A stretch of DNA of 64,000 nucleotides from a virus (IMGVR_UViG_3300035661_000046:1-64000), one strand, 5' to 3'; shown: positions 43,074-52,760, counted from the first letter of the stretch. The notes: generated from the sequence alone by a model not told the origin. Translations and numbers: made by a program.

Positions 43074-43928
43074 TTGTTGAACTTTAATAAAAGTGTGCTA
43101 TATTCTAGTAATCACATTATAGAGGACAAAATGGATTTATCAAAATATTATGAACAAATATGCAAACACCCAATACTAACTAGAGAAGAAGAGTTTATTC
43201 TGTGTAGCAAGTACGTATCTCCAGACACCCCTGAAGAAGACAAAGCAGGTATACGAGACACTATTATAAATGCAAATCTAAGATTCGCTTTTAAGACAGC
43301 TAAGAACTATTCCAGAAACGATCCTTCCATGTTTGAATATTTAATCTCGGCAGGAAATGAAGGTCTATTAGTAGGGCTAGAGAAGTATAACCCTACTAGA
43401 GATGTACGCTTCCTAAGCTATGCAGGGTGGTGGGTAGTTCAGCGCATTCTAAATGAAATGTCTCAGATGAGAATAGTGTCCCTACCTATATGGAAGCAAC
43501 AGCTATCCTCTAGAATTCTTAAATTTAAAGACGCAAATGAAACAGCTACCTTTGAAGATATAAAAGCTGCATTCCCAGACATATCTGAAAAGTACATTAG
43601 AGAGTTGCATGAGACCAGGTACCTGACCTACTACATTGAAGATATGGATGAGCATAACTTCCTTATTAATCCAATAGAAGCTCAAGTAGAGAAAGCTATG
43701 GATAATGAGCTACTAGGTAAAGCTATGCAAGAGATGTCTCAGATTCACAGAGATATACTTATTTTTTCATTTGGTTTTCACGAAGAGAATGGAAAAGAAA
43801 TGTCTCCTATTTCAATAGCTAAAAAATTAGGTATAACTAGGGATCAGTTTAAAGAATATAAAAAAGAAGCTATGGATATTCTGAGAGATAAGCTAAATGT
43901 AGAAATAGAAGTAGAAGACCCAGATTAA
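43074..43928 (+). CDS. sigma-70-family RNA polymerase sigma factor
   Basis: Region 2-like YLISAGNEGLLVGLEKYNPTRDVRFLSYAGWWVVQRI and region 4-like HTH SIAKKLGITRDQFKEYKKEAM. 284 aa. It is the only convincing + strand gene within the minus block. Confidence 0.75.
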   Translation: MLNFNKSVLYSSNHIIEDKMDLSKYYEQICKHPILTREEEFILCSKYVSPDTPEEDKAGIRDTIINANLRFAFKTAKNYSRNDPSMFEYLISAGNEGLLVGLEKYNPTRDVRFLSYAGWWVVQRILNEMSQMRIVSLPIWKQQLSSRILKFKDANETATFEDIKAAFPDISEKYIRELHETRYLTYYIEDMDEHNFLINPIEAQVEKAMDNELLGKAMQEMSQIHRDILIFSFGFHEENGKEMSPISIAKKLGITRDQFKEYKKEAMDILRDKLNVEIEVEDPD

Positions 43929-44037
43929 TACCTGAGTCTTCTATGAGCTTAGCCTTTAGTTACCGGGCCAAGAATCCCAATCCCAACCAGAAGATAATTT
44001 CATTGGTCATGCCTTATTATTATCCAAGTGTCTAGAT

Positions 44038-44739
44038 TTAATCCCCTCTAGGCTCTTGCGGTTGATTACGTCTGAAAGCTTCCATCTCTGCTTTCGTACG
44101 TCGGTTTCTCTTCTGCTTAATCACTTCAGGTATAATTACCACCTCTGCTACTAAAGGTATGACAGGAGTTTCTTTCATACGGTCTAGCTCCATTTGTGCT
44201 TTAGTCCGTCTAGTTCTCTTAGTCTTGCTGTCAATAGCTACCGGTGGCTCAATACCTGCTTGATTTTGCAGATTCCCTTTTATTACAAGTGCTTCTCCTA
44301 TTTTCTTTAGTGATACTCGATCTCCTCCAACATTAAGGATTGCAGTCCCATTGGAGACATCAGAGATACCTCTTGAAGAGCCTCCTCTCTCCCCGGAATT
44401 GGCTGCAGTAGAACTGTTGTCTGACTCCATAAAGACCTTCTCTTCACCATCGACTGAGGTATTATAGGTTCGAATAACTCGTTCAGCTCTACCTCTGACA
44501 CGTGGGACGATTTCATATGTAATACTTCCTTTTAAGAATTGTTCTACCTCTCTGGATATCTCCTGAGGGGGTACTTGGTCTATAACTAGAATATTAGGTA
44601 CTTGATCTGAACGTACCCAGCTTGGATATGCAACATTGCCGTGTGTGAAATATCTAACAAATCGTCCTGCTCCCTCCTTATTTGCAAAGAAAAACCAATG
44701 ATTTTCTGTCGGGTGTTTCCCTAAATAAATCGGACTCAC
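44038..44739 (-). CDS. hypothetical protein with C-terminal basic repeats
   Basis: 233 aa; the C-terminus repeats KRTRRTKAQMELDRMKE and KRNRRTKAEMEAFRRNQ. Confidence 0.45.
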   Translation of the reverse strand: MSPIYLGKHPTENHWFFFANKEGAGRFVRYFTHGNVAYPSWVRSDQVPNILVIDQVPPQEISREVEQFLKGSITYEIVPRVRGRAERVIRTYNTSVDGEEKVFMESDNSSTAANSGERGGSSRGISDVSNGTAILNVGGDRVSLKKIGEALVIKGNLQNQAGIEPPVAIDSKTKRTRRTKAQMELDRMKETPVIPLVAEVVIIPEVIKQKRNRRTKAEMEAFRRNQPQEPRGD

Positions 44740-44797
44740 CTCTAACCTCCTTGATTAAATTGTTATACTTGAGCCCATCCTAGACACGGATGAACTC

Positions 44798-45871
44798 TTA
44801 TAACGCGTCATAGTTAAAATGTTTAAGTTTAGGTTCTTGACGAGTAAATACTATGGTCGTATCCTCTTGCTCGGTACTAAAGATAAATAACCCTGCTGCG
44901 GGATCAACCTTAATAAGGTTAGAGGACTCTACTGGGAAAACCTCATCTTCTTTACCGGAGGTTACATTATCATCATACTCTCCGTATAAGGTAACACCAC
45001 CTGCTATAGGCGAGTTGCGTATCAGGTTACCATGTAGCGTATCATAGATAACCTCCTTACCATCTCGCACGACTTTACCCTTATACAATCCTGAGTCATC
45101 TGTTTCAGGCTTAATATTCAACACGCTCATTGCTTGAGTGGCCGTTTCCCCATACCGATTCATCTCCTCTACTAAGGCTTTTAACATGTCAAAACTGAAC
45201 TCAGAGAAGAATCCAGATGCGACAATTATACCTTTCATATTTTCTTTATTAAGTAAGTTGTCTTCACAATACTCCGTAATGAAGCCTATATCTAGCCCTT
45301 TAAAGGATAGAGAATAGTATATACGTCCTGGGCGGTTATGCATATAACTATCTACTTTATACTTATCGTTACAGGTTAGAATGAATAGTTTCTTACTAGC
45401 ATAAACACCATCAAAAATTGTTAATAATTGTTTTTGCTCATCTCGATCATACACTTTTTCAAACTCATCAAAGATGACAATTGTTGGTTGGGAGATAGAC
45501 TGTAAGAAAGTATTAAAACCTTCACCGTATATAGGCTGGTTTATCACTATGGTGATTACGTTGTGTTCTGTACGCCCCATATTGGATAGTAACTTTGATA
45601 GCACTGTCTTACCAGAACCTTTAGAGCCTTCTAGAAGAACACCTGTTGAGGAGGGGCGAGCCAAGAAAGTATCCATAATACGATTAGCCTTTTGCTCGGT
45701 ATCCCCGTACATCTTAGTCGGTAATACAAAGTCATCTATTAAATCTAGATGATATCCTGCTGGCGTAACCCCTACTGTGTATGTCCCTACTGGCAACGTA
45801 GGTTGCATGGATAGTTGCTCAGAATCAGCAGGAGTAAATTTATGGCCACTGCGTAAATAAACTTGAGTCAT
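44798..45871 (-). CDS. AAA+/P-loop ATPase
   Basis: Walker A EGSKGSGKTVLS and Walker B IVIFDEFEKV. 357 aa. Confidence 0.55.
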   Translation of the reverse strand: MTQVYLRSGHKFTPADSEQLSMQPTLPVGTYTVGVTPAGYHLDLIDDFVLPTKMYGDTEQKANRIMDTFLARPSSTGVLLEGSKGSGKTVLSKLLSNMGRTEHNVITIVINQPIYGEGFNTFLQSISQPTIVIFDEFEKVYDRDEQKQLLTIFDGVYASKKLFILTCNDKYKVDSYMHNRPGRIYYSLSFKGLDIGFITEYCEDNLLNKENMKGIIVASGFFSEFSFDMLKALVEEMNRYGETATQAMSVLNIKPETDDSGLYKGKVVRDGKEVIYDTLHGNLIRNSPIAGGVTLYGEYDDNVTSGKEDEVFPVESSNLIKVDPAAGLFIFSTEQEDTTIVFTRQEPKLKHFNYDAL

Positions 45872-45943
45872 TTTTTGATCTTTCTTTGAAAAATTAGGTT
45901 AGTGTTACCTTGAGACAATAGAATTTCTTTTATTGCCTATATT

Positions 45944-45953
45944 AGTTATACCA
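45944..45953 (-). promoter_or_regulatory. extended -10 promoter motif copy
   Basis: agttatacca about 75 nt upstream of the ATPase start. Confidence 0.4.
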
Positions 45954-45955
45954 GA

Positions 45956-47599
45956 TTATTTGCTAATAATTGCATCACGTAACCAAGAGGGTAAATATGA
46001 CTTATTCTTAGCAATAAATTGAGGGAAACGAGAGTCCAGAAGAATAGTTACTCCGAAGTCTTTTTCACTACGATTGACACGGCCTACTTGCTGACCGAAT
46101 ACTATTAAGGCTTGATAGTTATACCAAGCAAAATCATTCTTAACTTTGTAGTTCCAAAAAGCATCACTTGTATTACCGTATGGCACTCTAAGAATAATCT
46201 GAAACCTAGCTCTGTCATCTTTGAAGTCAACACCTTGCTGACACACAGGAGATACTAATATACCATTACCTTCACTTGCATAGAATTCAGATAGGGTGTT
46301 AACAAAGGTTTCCGGGTCATGAGTAATAACTCTTTTATTACCGGCTTTTCTTAAAGCCTGAACTAATTCTCTAGCTGTATCATAAGAGGGTGCATGAATA
46401 AGACCTTTAACATCTGGGAACTTGCTGCATACGGTATTTATTTTTTCGATTATTTCATCAAAGTTCTCTCTCCACATTTTGTGTGAAGTATCTACCATAT
46501 ACTCAGGCTTCATATAAATAGGTCTACTAGACAAAGGGAAGCTGGAGCCTACCTTTATAAATACTGCTTCATCTGGATTTATACCTGCATACTTGCAGAA
46601 TAGATTCTTATTGTATATAGTACCTGACATAAGGATATTCGTCTGCCCATAATTAAAGATAAGACTGTGAGCAGAATTACCGATTAAGTCTGGGATGAAC
46701 TCAAATCGAGTTTGACGAAGTTTAAAATTCTCGGTTATCTTTACTGCAAACTTAGTCATGTTCTTTGCAGCTTCCCCCAGCTTCTCTAATCTTTTCAAGT
46801 AAGCAGTATGCTCTGCCAGAGGCTCTACTCCTTTACCCCTTGCTGGTACAAAAGCTGGCTTACTAAAAAACTCTTGCCATTCTTCTAGTGTAGAAAACCT
46901 ATCAAACTCTTCTCTTTCTTCAGTACTAAAAAATTTGTTTACTGCGTGTTTAATGCTGGTAAAATCTCTTATTATACCTTCAACGTCGTGAGCCTCATCA
47001 ATCATCAATACTCGACGGGAATCAAACTTACCCGCGAAGTGTGTTTGAAAGATAAAAGAATGGAGGTTGTGAACAATAGTAGGAGAACCCCCTGCTACCT
47101 CAATGGCTTGCTGGTAAGGGCACCCGTGAACACGCTCTTCACATTCATGATGTATCTTAGGTACCTCTTTACAAGGACCGGTAGCACACGTTTCCATTCC
47201 TGCTGATATTCTAGGAGAGTTACCTGAAGCTATTATCTTATGTATAGAAACCCGATATGCTTGCATTAAATCTCTGGTTGATTCCGGTGCATCAGGAGAT
47301 AGATATGTACAAGGGTATGCCGACCTACCTTTCATCATAGAGATATACTCCGAGAAGTCATCGTAGTATTGGTTCTGTAAAGACTTGCGAGGAGTTAGCA
47401 AGTGAGCATTTCCAAGCCATCTTGCAATAGTCATTGCTATCGCAGACTTACCAGATCCAACTGGAGCTTCTAAAATTATGAACTTCACTTTCTTTTCTAT
47501 TGCTTCTTGTATCTGACTTAGAACTGCTGCCTGAGTTTTTCTAGGTGTCAATAATGGAAAAAAACTGAGGATAGATTCTTTTTTAGTTGGTATTGTCAT
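45956..47599 (-). CDS. XPD/Rad3/DinG-family Fe-S DNA helicase (DEAH box)
   Basis: Walker A APVGSGKS and DEAH box VLMIDEAHDV. Four-Cys Fe-S domain YPCTYL...CATGPCKEV...CEERVHGCPY between the motifs, as in XPD/DinG. 547 aa. Confidence 0.7.
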   Translation of the reverse strand: MTIPTKKESILSFFPLLTPRKTQAAVLSQIQEAIEKKVKFIILEAPVGSGKSAIAMTIARWLGNAHLLTPRKSLQNQYYDDFSEYISMMKGRSAYPCTYLSPDAPESTRDLMQAYRVSIHKIIASGNSPRISAGMETCATGPCKEVPKIHHECEERVHGCPYQQAIEVAGGSPTIVHNLHSFIFQTHFAGKFDSRRVLMIDEAHDVEGIIRDFTSIKHAVNKFFSTEEREEFDRFSTLEEWQEFFSKPAFVPARGKGVEPLAEHTAYLKRLEKLGEAAKNMTKFAVKITENFKLRQTRFEFIPDLIGNSAHSLIFNYGQTNILMSGTIYNKNLFCKYAGINPDEAVFIKVGSSFPLSSRPIYMKPEYMVDTSHKMWRENFDEIIEKINTVCSKFPDVKGLIHAPSYDTARELVQALRKAGNKRVITHDPETFVNTLSEFYASEGNGILVSPVCQQGVDFKDDRARFQIILRVPYGNTSDAFWNYKVKNDFAWYNYQALIVFGQQVGRVNRSEKDFGVTILLDSRFPQFIAKNKSYLPSWLRDAIISK

Positions 47600-47845
47600 T
47601 TGGCCGTTTAACCTTATTATTTTGAAAAAAGTTGGATCCTACAAAGCATCTAACCCGCATAAGGGAATAGCGGATCTCGTAAGCAAAACCGAGCTGTCAT
47701 GCTGAGTAGAATCCAATGAAAATGGGAATGTTCATCTGCGAGTAGTCCAGCTGTTTAACTGAAGTACAACCAATGATTACATTCCCAGGGGGTACGAAGG
47801 AGGAAATACTCCTTCATATATATCTTATACCAATTTCTAGGTAGG

Positions 47846-48031
47846 TTACTTAATACCCCCTGTGATCAGGTAGTAGGTAGACATTACTATTACTATGAAT
47901 GAGACCATTGTTATTGCCATTTTAAAATAGGTATCTACCCATTCTCGCGCATCCTCCGAAAGATTACGATACATAACGTACAACACTGCTACACTTGATA
48001 CTAACAAGACTACTGCTATTATTCTATCCAT
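47846..48031 (-). CDS. small membrane protein
   Basis: 61 aa with two hydrophobic helices. Confidence 0.4.
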   Translation of the reverse strand: MDRIIAVVLLVSSVAVLYVMYRNLSEDAREWVDTYFKMAITMVSFIVIVMSTYYLITGGIK

Positions 48032-48117
48032 ACTACGTTACCTCCTGCTAAACAGTAAATTTATTTTTAGATTGGTGAAATAAAAGTCTGGTTGTTTATA
48101 CCTAGACTTTTGTGTTC

Positions 48118-48783
48118 TTACTTAAGTGTAGTATTTTCTATAATTTTTGGTATGTTATTGCTTGCATCTTCTTTGGTAATAAATGTTCTTAATGGTGTTG
48201 GATCGAAATCAGGTATTTCAGCTTTTATCTTTTCTACTTGAGCAGGATTAGGTTCAAAACTAACATCAGTTTCTACAGGAATACCTTTTTGTTTAGCTTC
48301 CTTTATTTCAGAAACAGCAACATCACCCCCACCATAATAAACAAGAGTCCCATTTTTCTTAGCAATATCTACCATATAAGACTCGCCTTCTGGTGAAAGT
48401 ACTTTCCATGAATTATTTGTATTTGGAACAAAAAGTGTTTTGTCACAATATCGGTCTGACCCATATTCTTTTCCTGCTTCCATAACTATACCATAGGTTG
48501 CTACGCCTAAGTCGTGAGCCACTTTATAAATAACCCCTATTCCATCACTAGTTGCCCCACAAACGATAACAACATTGTCCTTCCCGTTTAGAGTAATTTC
48601 TTTTTCAATTCTTTCTTTACTATCTTTTAATAATTTTTCTTGATCCTTATATCCCAATCCAGAAAAACCACCAAAAACTATAACTTTTTTACTGCCTATC
48701 TCTTCCTCTAATTCTTTAAATGTACCAATTGTTTTTGAATTATACTCATCACTAACTACCTTTTGATACTTTGCAAAATCCAT
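48118..48783 (-). CDS. Rossmann-fold nucleotide-binding protein (possible LOG/SLOG/DprA-like family)
   Basis: Gly-rich loops VIVFGGFSGLG, VVIVCGATSDGIGVI and VYYGGGDVAVSEIKEA resemble the LOG/SLOG superfamily. This is a weak, pattern-only call. Confidence 0.3.
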   Translation of the reverse strand: MDFAKYQKVVSDEYNSKTIGTFKELEEEIGSKKVIVFGGFSGLGYKDQEKLLKDSKERIEKEITLNGKDNVVIVCGATSDGIGVIYKVAHDLGVATYGIVMEAGKEYGSDRYCDKTLFVPNTNNSWKVLSPEGESYMVDIAKKNGTLVYYGGGDVAVSEIKEAKQKGIPVETDVSFEPNPAQVEKIKAEIPDFDPTPLRTFITKEDASNNIPKIIENTTLK

Positions 48784-48853
48784 TTTAAAACTCCTAATAA
48801 AGTAAGGGGAGTATTACCCATACTTTATTTATACCATTTTTCAGAGGCGTTAT

Positions 48854-49486
48854 TTAGTTGTTAACCTGGCTTTCTAATAGATTGCGTTCTGTTACTGTGT
48901 TTCTATTAATCGCAGCCTCTTCCGTAAACTTTCCAGGATACCTAGCCTTAAGCTTGGCTATGTTAATCTCAGCCGCTTTTTCCATATCTACTTCAGCCAA
49001 GGCAGAGAATTCACGCAGACCAGTGTGTAATGTGAATAACTGCATATCGATCTGAGCATGGAATTCTTCTACACTACCTTGGCTTGGTACACTACTACTA
49101 AATTCATTTGATACAAAAAGAGCTAATTTCCCAGCGTCTAAAGAGCAACTTAGGAGCAGCACCAGTATACCCTCATTATCTACAAGCCCATCTTTTGAAA
49201 GTGCAGAAGCAAGAGATAGGTTAGAGTAAACTGGAATAGATTCTAGTGTTAGTGCGTCCGATTTTATACAATAGCTAAGTAACGCAATGTACCAAAGAAT
49301 ATCCCCAACTTCTTCCGTTACATTAGTGGTGTCTAACGCAGTACTATACCAGATGTTTCTTTTGTAGGCGTCGATTAGCTCACCTAATTCAGTGACAATA
49401 CCCGTAACTGCATGAAGGCGATTCATTTCTAAACCTTTATCATTATTGGTCCGCATTGCTAGGTCTTGGTATTCTTTAAAATCCAT
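48854..49486 (-). CDS. mazG: MazG-like nucleoside triphosphate pyrophosphohydrolase (tandem MazG repeats)
   Basis: First repeat TGIVTELGELIDAYKR...EEVGDILWYIALL. Second repeat ends ALAEVDMEKAAEINIAKLKARYPGKF (MazG has NIAKLxRRYP). Confidence 0.7.
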   Translation of the reverse strand: MDFKEYQDLAMRTNNDKGLEMNRLHAVTGIVTELGELIDAYKRNIWYSTALDTTNVTEEVGDILWYIALLSYCIKSDALTLESIPVYSNLSLASALSKDGLVDNEGILVLLLSCSLDAGKLALFVSNEFSSSVPSQGSVEEFHAQIDMQLFTLHTGLREFSALAEVDMEKAAEINIAKLKARYPGKFTEEAAINRNTVTERNLLESQVNN

Positions 49487-49489
49487 TTT

Positions 49490-49843
49490 CTATTTCTCCG
49501 TTGTTTTTCGTACTCGTTTAGGAACTACTGCGTTGTTTAGGACATCACGCAAAACATCCGCATTAGCCATAATGAACTTGTTGATATCCACTATAGAGAT
49601 GGCGCGGAAGGTGTCATCTTCATCTTCCGCTCTTTCTTCTATATACACATATGCAGAATCCTCTGTAACATCCTGAGCCATAGAAGTGTCTAGTTCTACA
49701 AACCCTAATGCGGCCTCAATATTTAGCATTTCCTCATGCTTTAAGTACTTTTCTTTTGTTTCATGTAGACTACCATCTGATGCTTTATGCATTATAACTC
49801 GTGCCATTTGAATCTCCTTATTAAGTAATCTAACATTATACAC
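49490..49843 (-). CDS. hypothetical acidic protein
   Basis: 117-aa ORF. Confidence 0.4.
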   Translation of the reverse strand: MYNVRLLNKEIQMARVIMHKASDGSLHETKEKYLKHEEMLNIEAALGFVELDTSMAQDVTEDSAYVYIEERAEDEDDTFRAISIVDINKFIMANADVLRDVLNNAVVPKRVRKTTEK

Positions 49844-49844
49844 G

Positions 49845-50036
49845 TCAAAGCATAATATTGTTACGCATTCTTTCTATCTCTAAGAAGAACTCATGAGTCT
49901 CTAAGTCCTCCCCTATAAGATCTTTTACTTTACGTGGTTTATCTTGAACACGCACTTCATTAATCTTCATCCTTTTCCGCTTTAGTTTATTGCGTGCTAC
50001 TATGGTACTAAATTTAACGTGATTAGTAGATTTCAT
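49845..50036 (-). CDS. hypothetical basic protein
   Basis: 63-aa Lys/Arg-rich ORF. Confidence 0.35.
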   Translation of the reverse strand: MKSTNHVKFSTIVARNKLKRKRMKINEVRVQDKPRKVKDLIGEDLETHEFFLEIERMRNNIML

Positions 50037-50060
50037 ATGGTGCCTTTTAGGTATATAAAG

Positions 50061-50621
50061 TTAATCGACTTCTATTTCTGTTTCTGTTAATAGAATCTTT
50101 TCTACGTTAGGAACCCCAAGATCAGCAATTGCTTCCTCCTTAGATCTATAGAACTTTTTAGAAATGTAAATATTTCCAAAGTGTTCACCCTTAGCAGCCC
50201 ATCTCCATGCTTTGACTTTATTCTTAGGCTTTTCCCAAAAAAGGTTTTCGGGCTTGACTCTCCAATCAGGATAATCACCGTAACACGCGCTAACTCCTAC
50301 CGTACCTTCCAATACTGATAAACCTTTTACTACGAAACCCTTTTCGTAACACCCGTCACTAGTTTTTATGTAAATCTCATCTCCTTTATACAAATCTTTT
50401 CCTAATAGATTAATAATAGGAACTGCGGTAAGCTGCATATAGGAAGACTGCGTACAAACCATATCTACTACTTGGCCGTGCTCATTCCAAACGTGTAGCT
50501 GGTTATCAATAACACCAGCGAGCATAGGAGAGCCTATATTAAAAATAGTGAGATTTTCAATCTCATCCCCTCGGTTAGTACTTATCTTGTTGCCTTTGTT
50601 TACTAAATCTAAACTGAACAT
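50061..50621 (-). CDS. hypothetical protein
   Basis: 186 aa; overlaps the upstream exonuclease gene by 47 nt. Confidence 0.45.
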   Translation of the reverse strand: MFSLDLVNKGNKISTNRGDEIENLTIFNIGSPMLAGVIDNQLHVWNEHGQVVDMVCTQSSYMQLTAVPIINLLGKDLYKGDEIYIKTSDGCYEKGFVVKGLSVLEGTVGVSACYGDYPDWRVKPENLFWEKPKNKVKAWRWAAKGEHFGNIYISKKFYRSKEEAIADLGVPNVEKILLTETEIEVD

Positions 50622-51213
50622 TTGTAAAGCCTTTCTTAATTAATCTAGTAATCTTGTACGTTGCTAGCCGCAACAAGCTAGTATTAGCTTTATACAAAGC
50701 TTGTAGGTTCTTAGCCTCATGAATAGCATCGTCTAACGCATTATGTCGAATTCCGACAAAAGTAACACTTCTTGGTCTCACCAACGCTATATTTCGGTAT
50801 GTGCGATAGCAGCGATTATTTCTATAATCCCAGGGTAGCTTTTCTTTTGTTACTAAATACGCATTTTTTAGAATAACGTTATCGAAATCAGATCCATTAC
50901 CCCAAACTTTTACATCGTTGCTATTATCCTCTAAAAATTTAGCGAACTCGGTTAGGGCCTGAGTCAACTCCATACCTGGATCAGTAAACACTTTTCTAGC
51001 ATCTTCGGACTGTTTACCCCACCAATACATAGTAGCTTGTGATGTAGTAAATCCAAGGCCTTTACAAGAGGCTCGATCTATTACTCGGTAAAAAGTTGGC
51101 CCAAGTGGGCCACCCGATTTATTTAAGAGCACAGCCCCAATACTTAAAATCTGGCTATTGTTTCCAGTGTCAGTGGTTTCTAAGTCTATTACACAATCTT
51201 CATACCTAATCAT
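50575..51213 (-). CDS. DEDDh 3'-5' exonuclease (DnaQ/RNase T/DexA-like)
   Basis: Exo I CVIDLETTD, Exo II WGNGSDFDNVILK and Exo III HNALDDAIHEAK. 212 aa. Confidence 0.7.
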   Translation of the reverse strand: MIRYEDCVIDLETTDTGNNSQILSIGAVLLNKSGGPLGPTFYRVIDRASCKGLGFTTSQATMYWWGKQSEDARKVFTDPGMELTQALTEFAKFLEDNSNDVKVWGNGSDFDNVILKNAYLVTKEKLPWDYRNNRCYRTYRNIALVRPRSVTFVGIRHNALDDAIHEAKNLQALYKANTSLLRLATYKITRLIKKGFTNVQFRFSKQRQQDKY

Positions 51214-51232
51214 TGTTCACCTTTAATATAAC

Positions 51233-51267
51233 TAAAAAAAAAAGAAAGGCGAGGATTACTCGCCCTT
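51233..51267 (-). terminator. rho-independent terminator (minus strand)
   Basis: Hairpin gggcgag taatc ctcgcc followed by about 13 T in the minus sense, downstream of 51276..51584. Confidence 0.7.
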
Positions 51268-51275
51268 CGTGCTAC

Positions 51276-51584
51276 TTACCCACCATTTTGGTAGCAGGCA
51301 TTCTGGGAGCTTTTGGCTACCCATTCCGTACTCTGAGATGCAGTGCTTGGATCAATAGTACCAACTACATACCATAGAATAGACTGCTGGGTGTTAAAGG
51401 GATATTTCTCGATTTCCCTTTGAACATCCTGGTATATTTGCGGAAACGTTTCCACATGTCTATTAACCATTGCATACTTCGTATACTTGTAAACTAATTC
51501 ACAAGTACCATCCTGCATTGCAAAAGTAGTAGACTGACAGAATAACAAGATTATAGATACTACTACAAGAATGCGTGTTTTCAT
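51276..51584 (-). CDS. secreted/periplasmic hypothetical protein
   Basis: Signal peptide MKTRILVVVSIILLFCQSTTFA. 102 aa. Confidence 0.5.
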   Translation of the reverse strand: MKTRILVVVSIILLFCQSTTFAMQDGTCELVYKYTKYAMVNRHVETFPQIYQDVQREIEKYPFNTQQSILWYVVGTIDPSTASQSTEWVAKSSQNACYQNGG

Positions 51585-51602
51585 AACAACTCCTTAACAA
51601 AT

Positions 51603-51968
51603 TTAGTGTACCGCATTAGAACCTGGAAATTCCAGTGCATTACCCTCCTGCTCGGCAATAAATCGGTCAGAGGCTTCACTAACTATCTCCTTTGCTGCCT
51701 GCAGTACGGCACCATCCTCCCCAGATGCCATACTATTTAGTAAAACTATCATCTGCATCTTATTCACTGCCTCCTCTAAGAATGTTTTTATTTGGCTTCC
51801 CTCGGCTACCAAAGATCTCATCTCTTTCAATGTAACCAAATCGGCCGCGATAAATACGGGTTTGACGATATCACTGAACTCGTCCGCCGCCTTAGATAAA
51901 GATTCTTCAGCTTCGTACACCTTGTTACATGCCTCGACAAACTTCTTCATATCTACTAGGGTTTTCAT
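51603..51968 (-). CDS. hypothetical protein
   Basis: 121 aa, helical. Promoter motif at 52011-52020. Confidence 0.45.
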   Translation of the reverse strand: MKTLVDMKKFVEACNKVYEAEESLSKAADEFSDIVKPVFIAADLVTLKEMRSLVAEGSQIKTFLEEAVNKMQMIVLLNSMASGEDGAVLQAAKEIVSEASDRFIAEQEGNALEFPGSNAVH

Positions 51969-52010
51969 TTTGGAACTCCTTAATTAATAAATGGTTGTTT
52001 ACTACATATT

Positions 52011-52020
52011 ACTTATACCA
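52011..52020 (-). promoter_or_regulatory. extended -10 promoter motif copy
   Basis: acttatacca about 45 nt upstream of the 51968 start. Confidence 0.45.
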
Positions 52021-52044
52021 GGTTAGGTAATACTAGTTGAATGC

Positions 52045-52713
52045 TCAAGTCCAAAGCCTATTTCTTATACTGATTAGCTGTTTAAGCTTTTCCGTGTCTT
52101 CTTCATAATACGATGTCTCTAGGTCAAAGTGCAAGCTATCTTCTTCGTAAGGGTCTTTTCTTGTTGGCCTTGTATCTTTCCACCATAAGTATAGACTTGC
52201 TATTTTTTCCTGCTCTTGTTGGTAAGTCTCTCCTAGCACTCCCTCAGAATCTACAGGCTTCTCATATAAGTACTTAAGCCCTAGCTCTCTAGACCTTATA
52301 GACTTGAATCGAAGAAGTTTAAACCTATACCTCCAGTATTTACCCGCCTCTTCTCTATTACACCAAAGATATAACGCGGCAGTCTCTACTTCTACAAAGT
52401 CTACTAAGGCTTCAAAGCATCCATGAAGCATTCTAGTGTCCACTTCGTGGTATATACCCTTCTTAAGCCTAGTCTCTAGTAAGTGAGTTTTATCAAAGAA
52501 TCTATTTTTCATGTATACTCTTAGGCTATCAAGAGTAGAATATGGTAACCGAACTATATCCTCTATCGTACCGAATCCAGTGGTTAGGAGCCAGTAGACT
52601 AGAGGATTCTCCTTCCTACTTTTTAATTCCCACTCCTGCCATTCAGAAAAAGTCCCAAACTTAGGTCGTGGAGACATTTTGAATAGCTTGCGGACTGCAT
52701 CTGAAACTTCCAT
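52045..52713 (-). CDS. hypothetical protein
   Basis: 222 aa, Trp/Tyr-rich. Confidence 0.45.
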   Translation of the reverse strand: MEVSDAVRKLFKMSPRPKFGTFSEWQEWELKSRKENPLVYWLLTTGFGTIEDIVRLPYSTLDSLRVYMKNRFFDKTHLLETRLKKGIYHEVDTRMLHGCFEALVDFVEVETAALYLWCNREEAGKYWRYRFKLLRFKSIRSRELGLKYLYEKPVDSEGVLGETYQQEQEKIASLYLWWKDTRPTRKDPYEEDSLHFDLETSYYEEDTEKLKQLISIRNRLWT

Positions 52714-52726
52714 ATATTACTCCTGT

Positions 52727-52760
52727 AAAATAAAAAAAGAGCTACAACGTGTAGCTCTTT
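52727..52760 (-). terminator. rho-independent terminator (minus strand)
   Basis: Hairpin gagctac acgtt gtagctc followed by T-rich tttttttatttt in the minus sense, downstream of nrdB. Confidence 0.7.
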
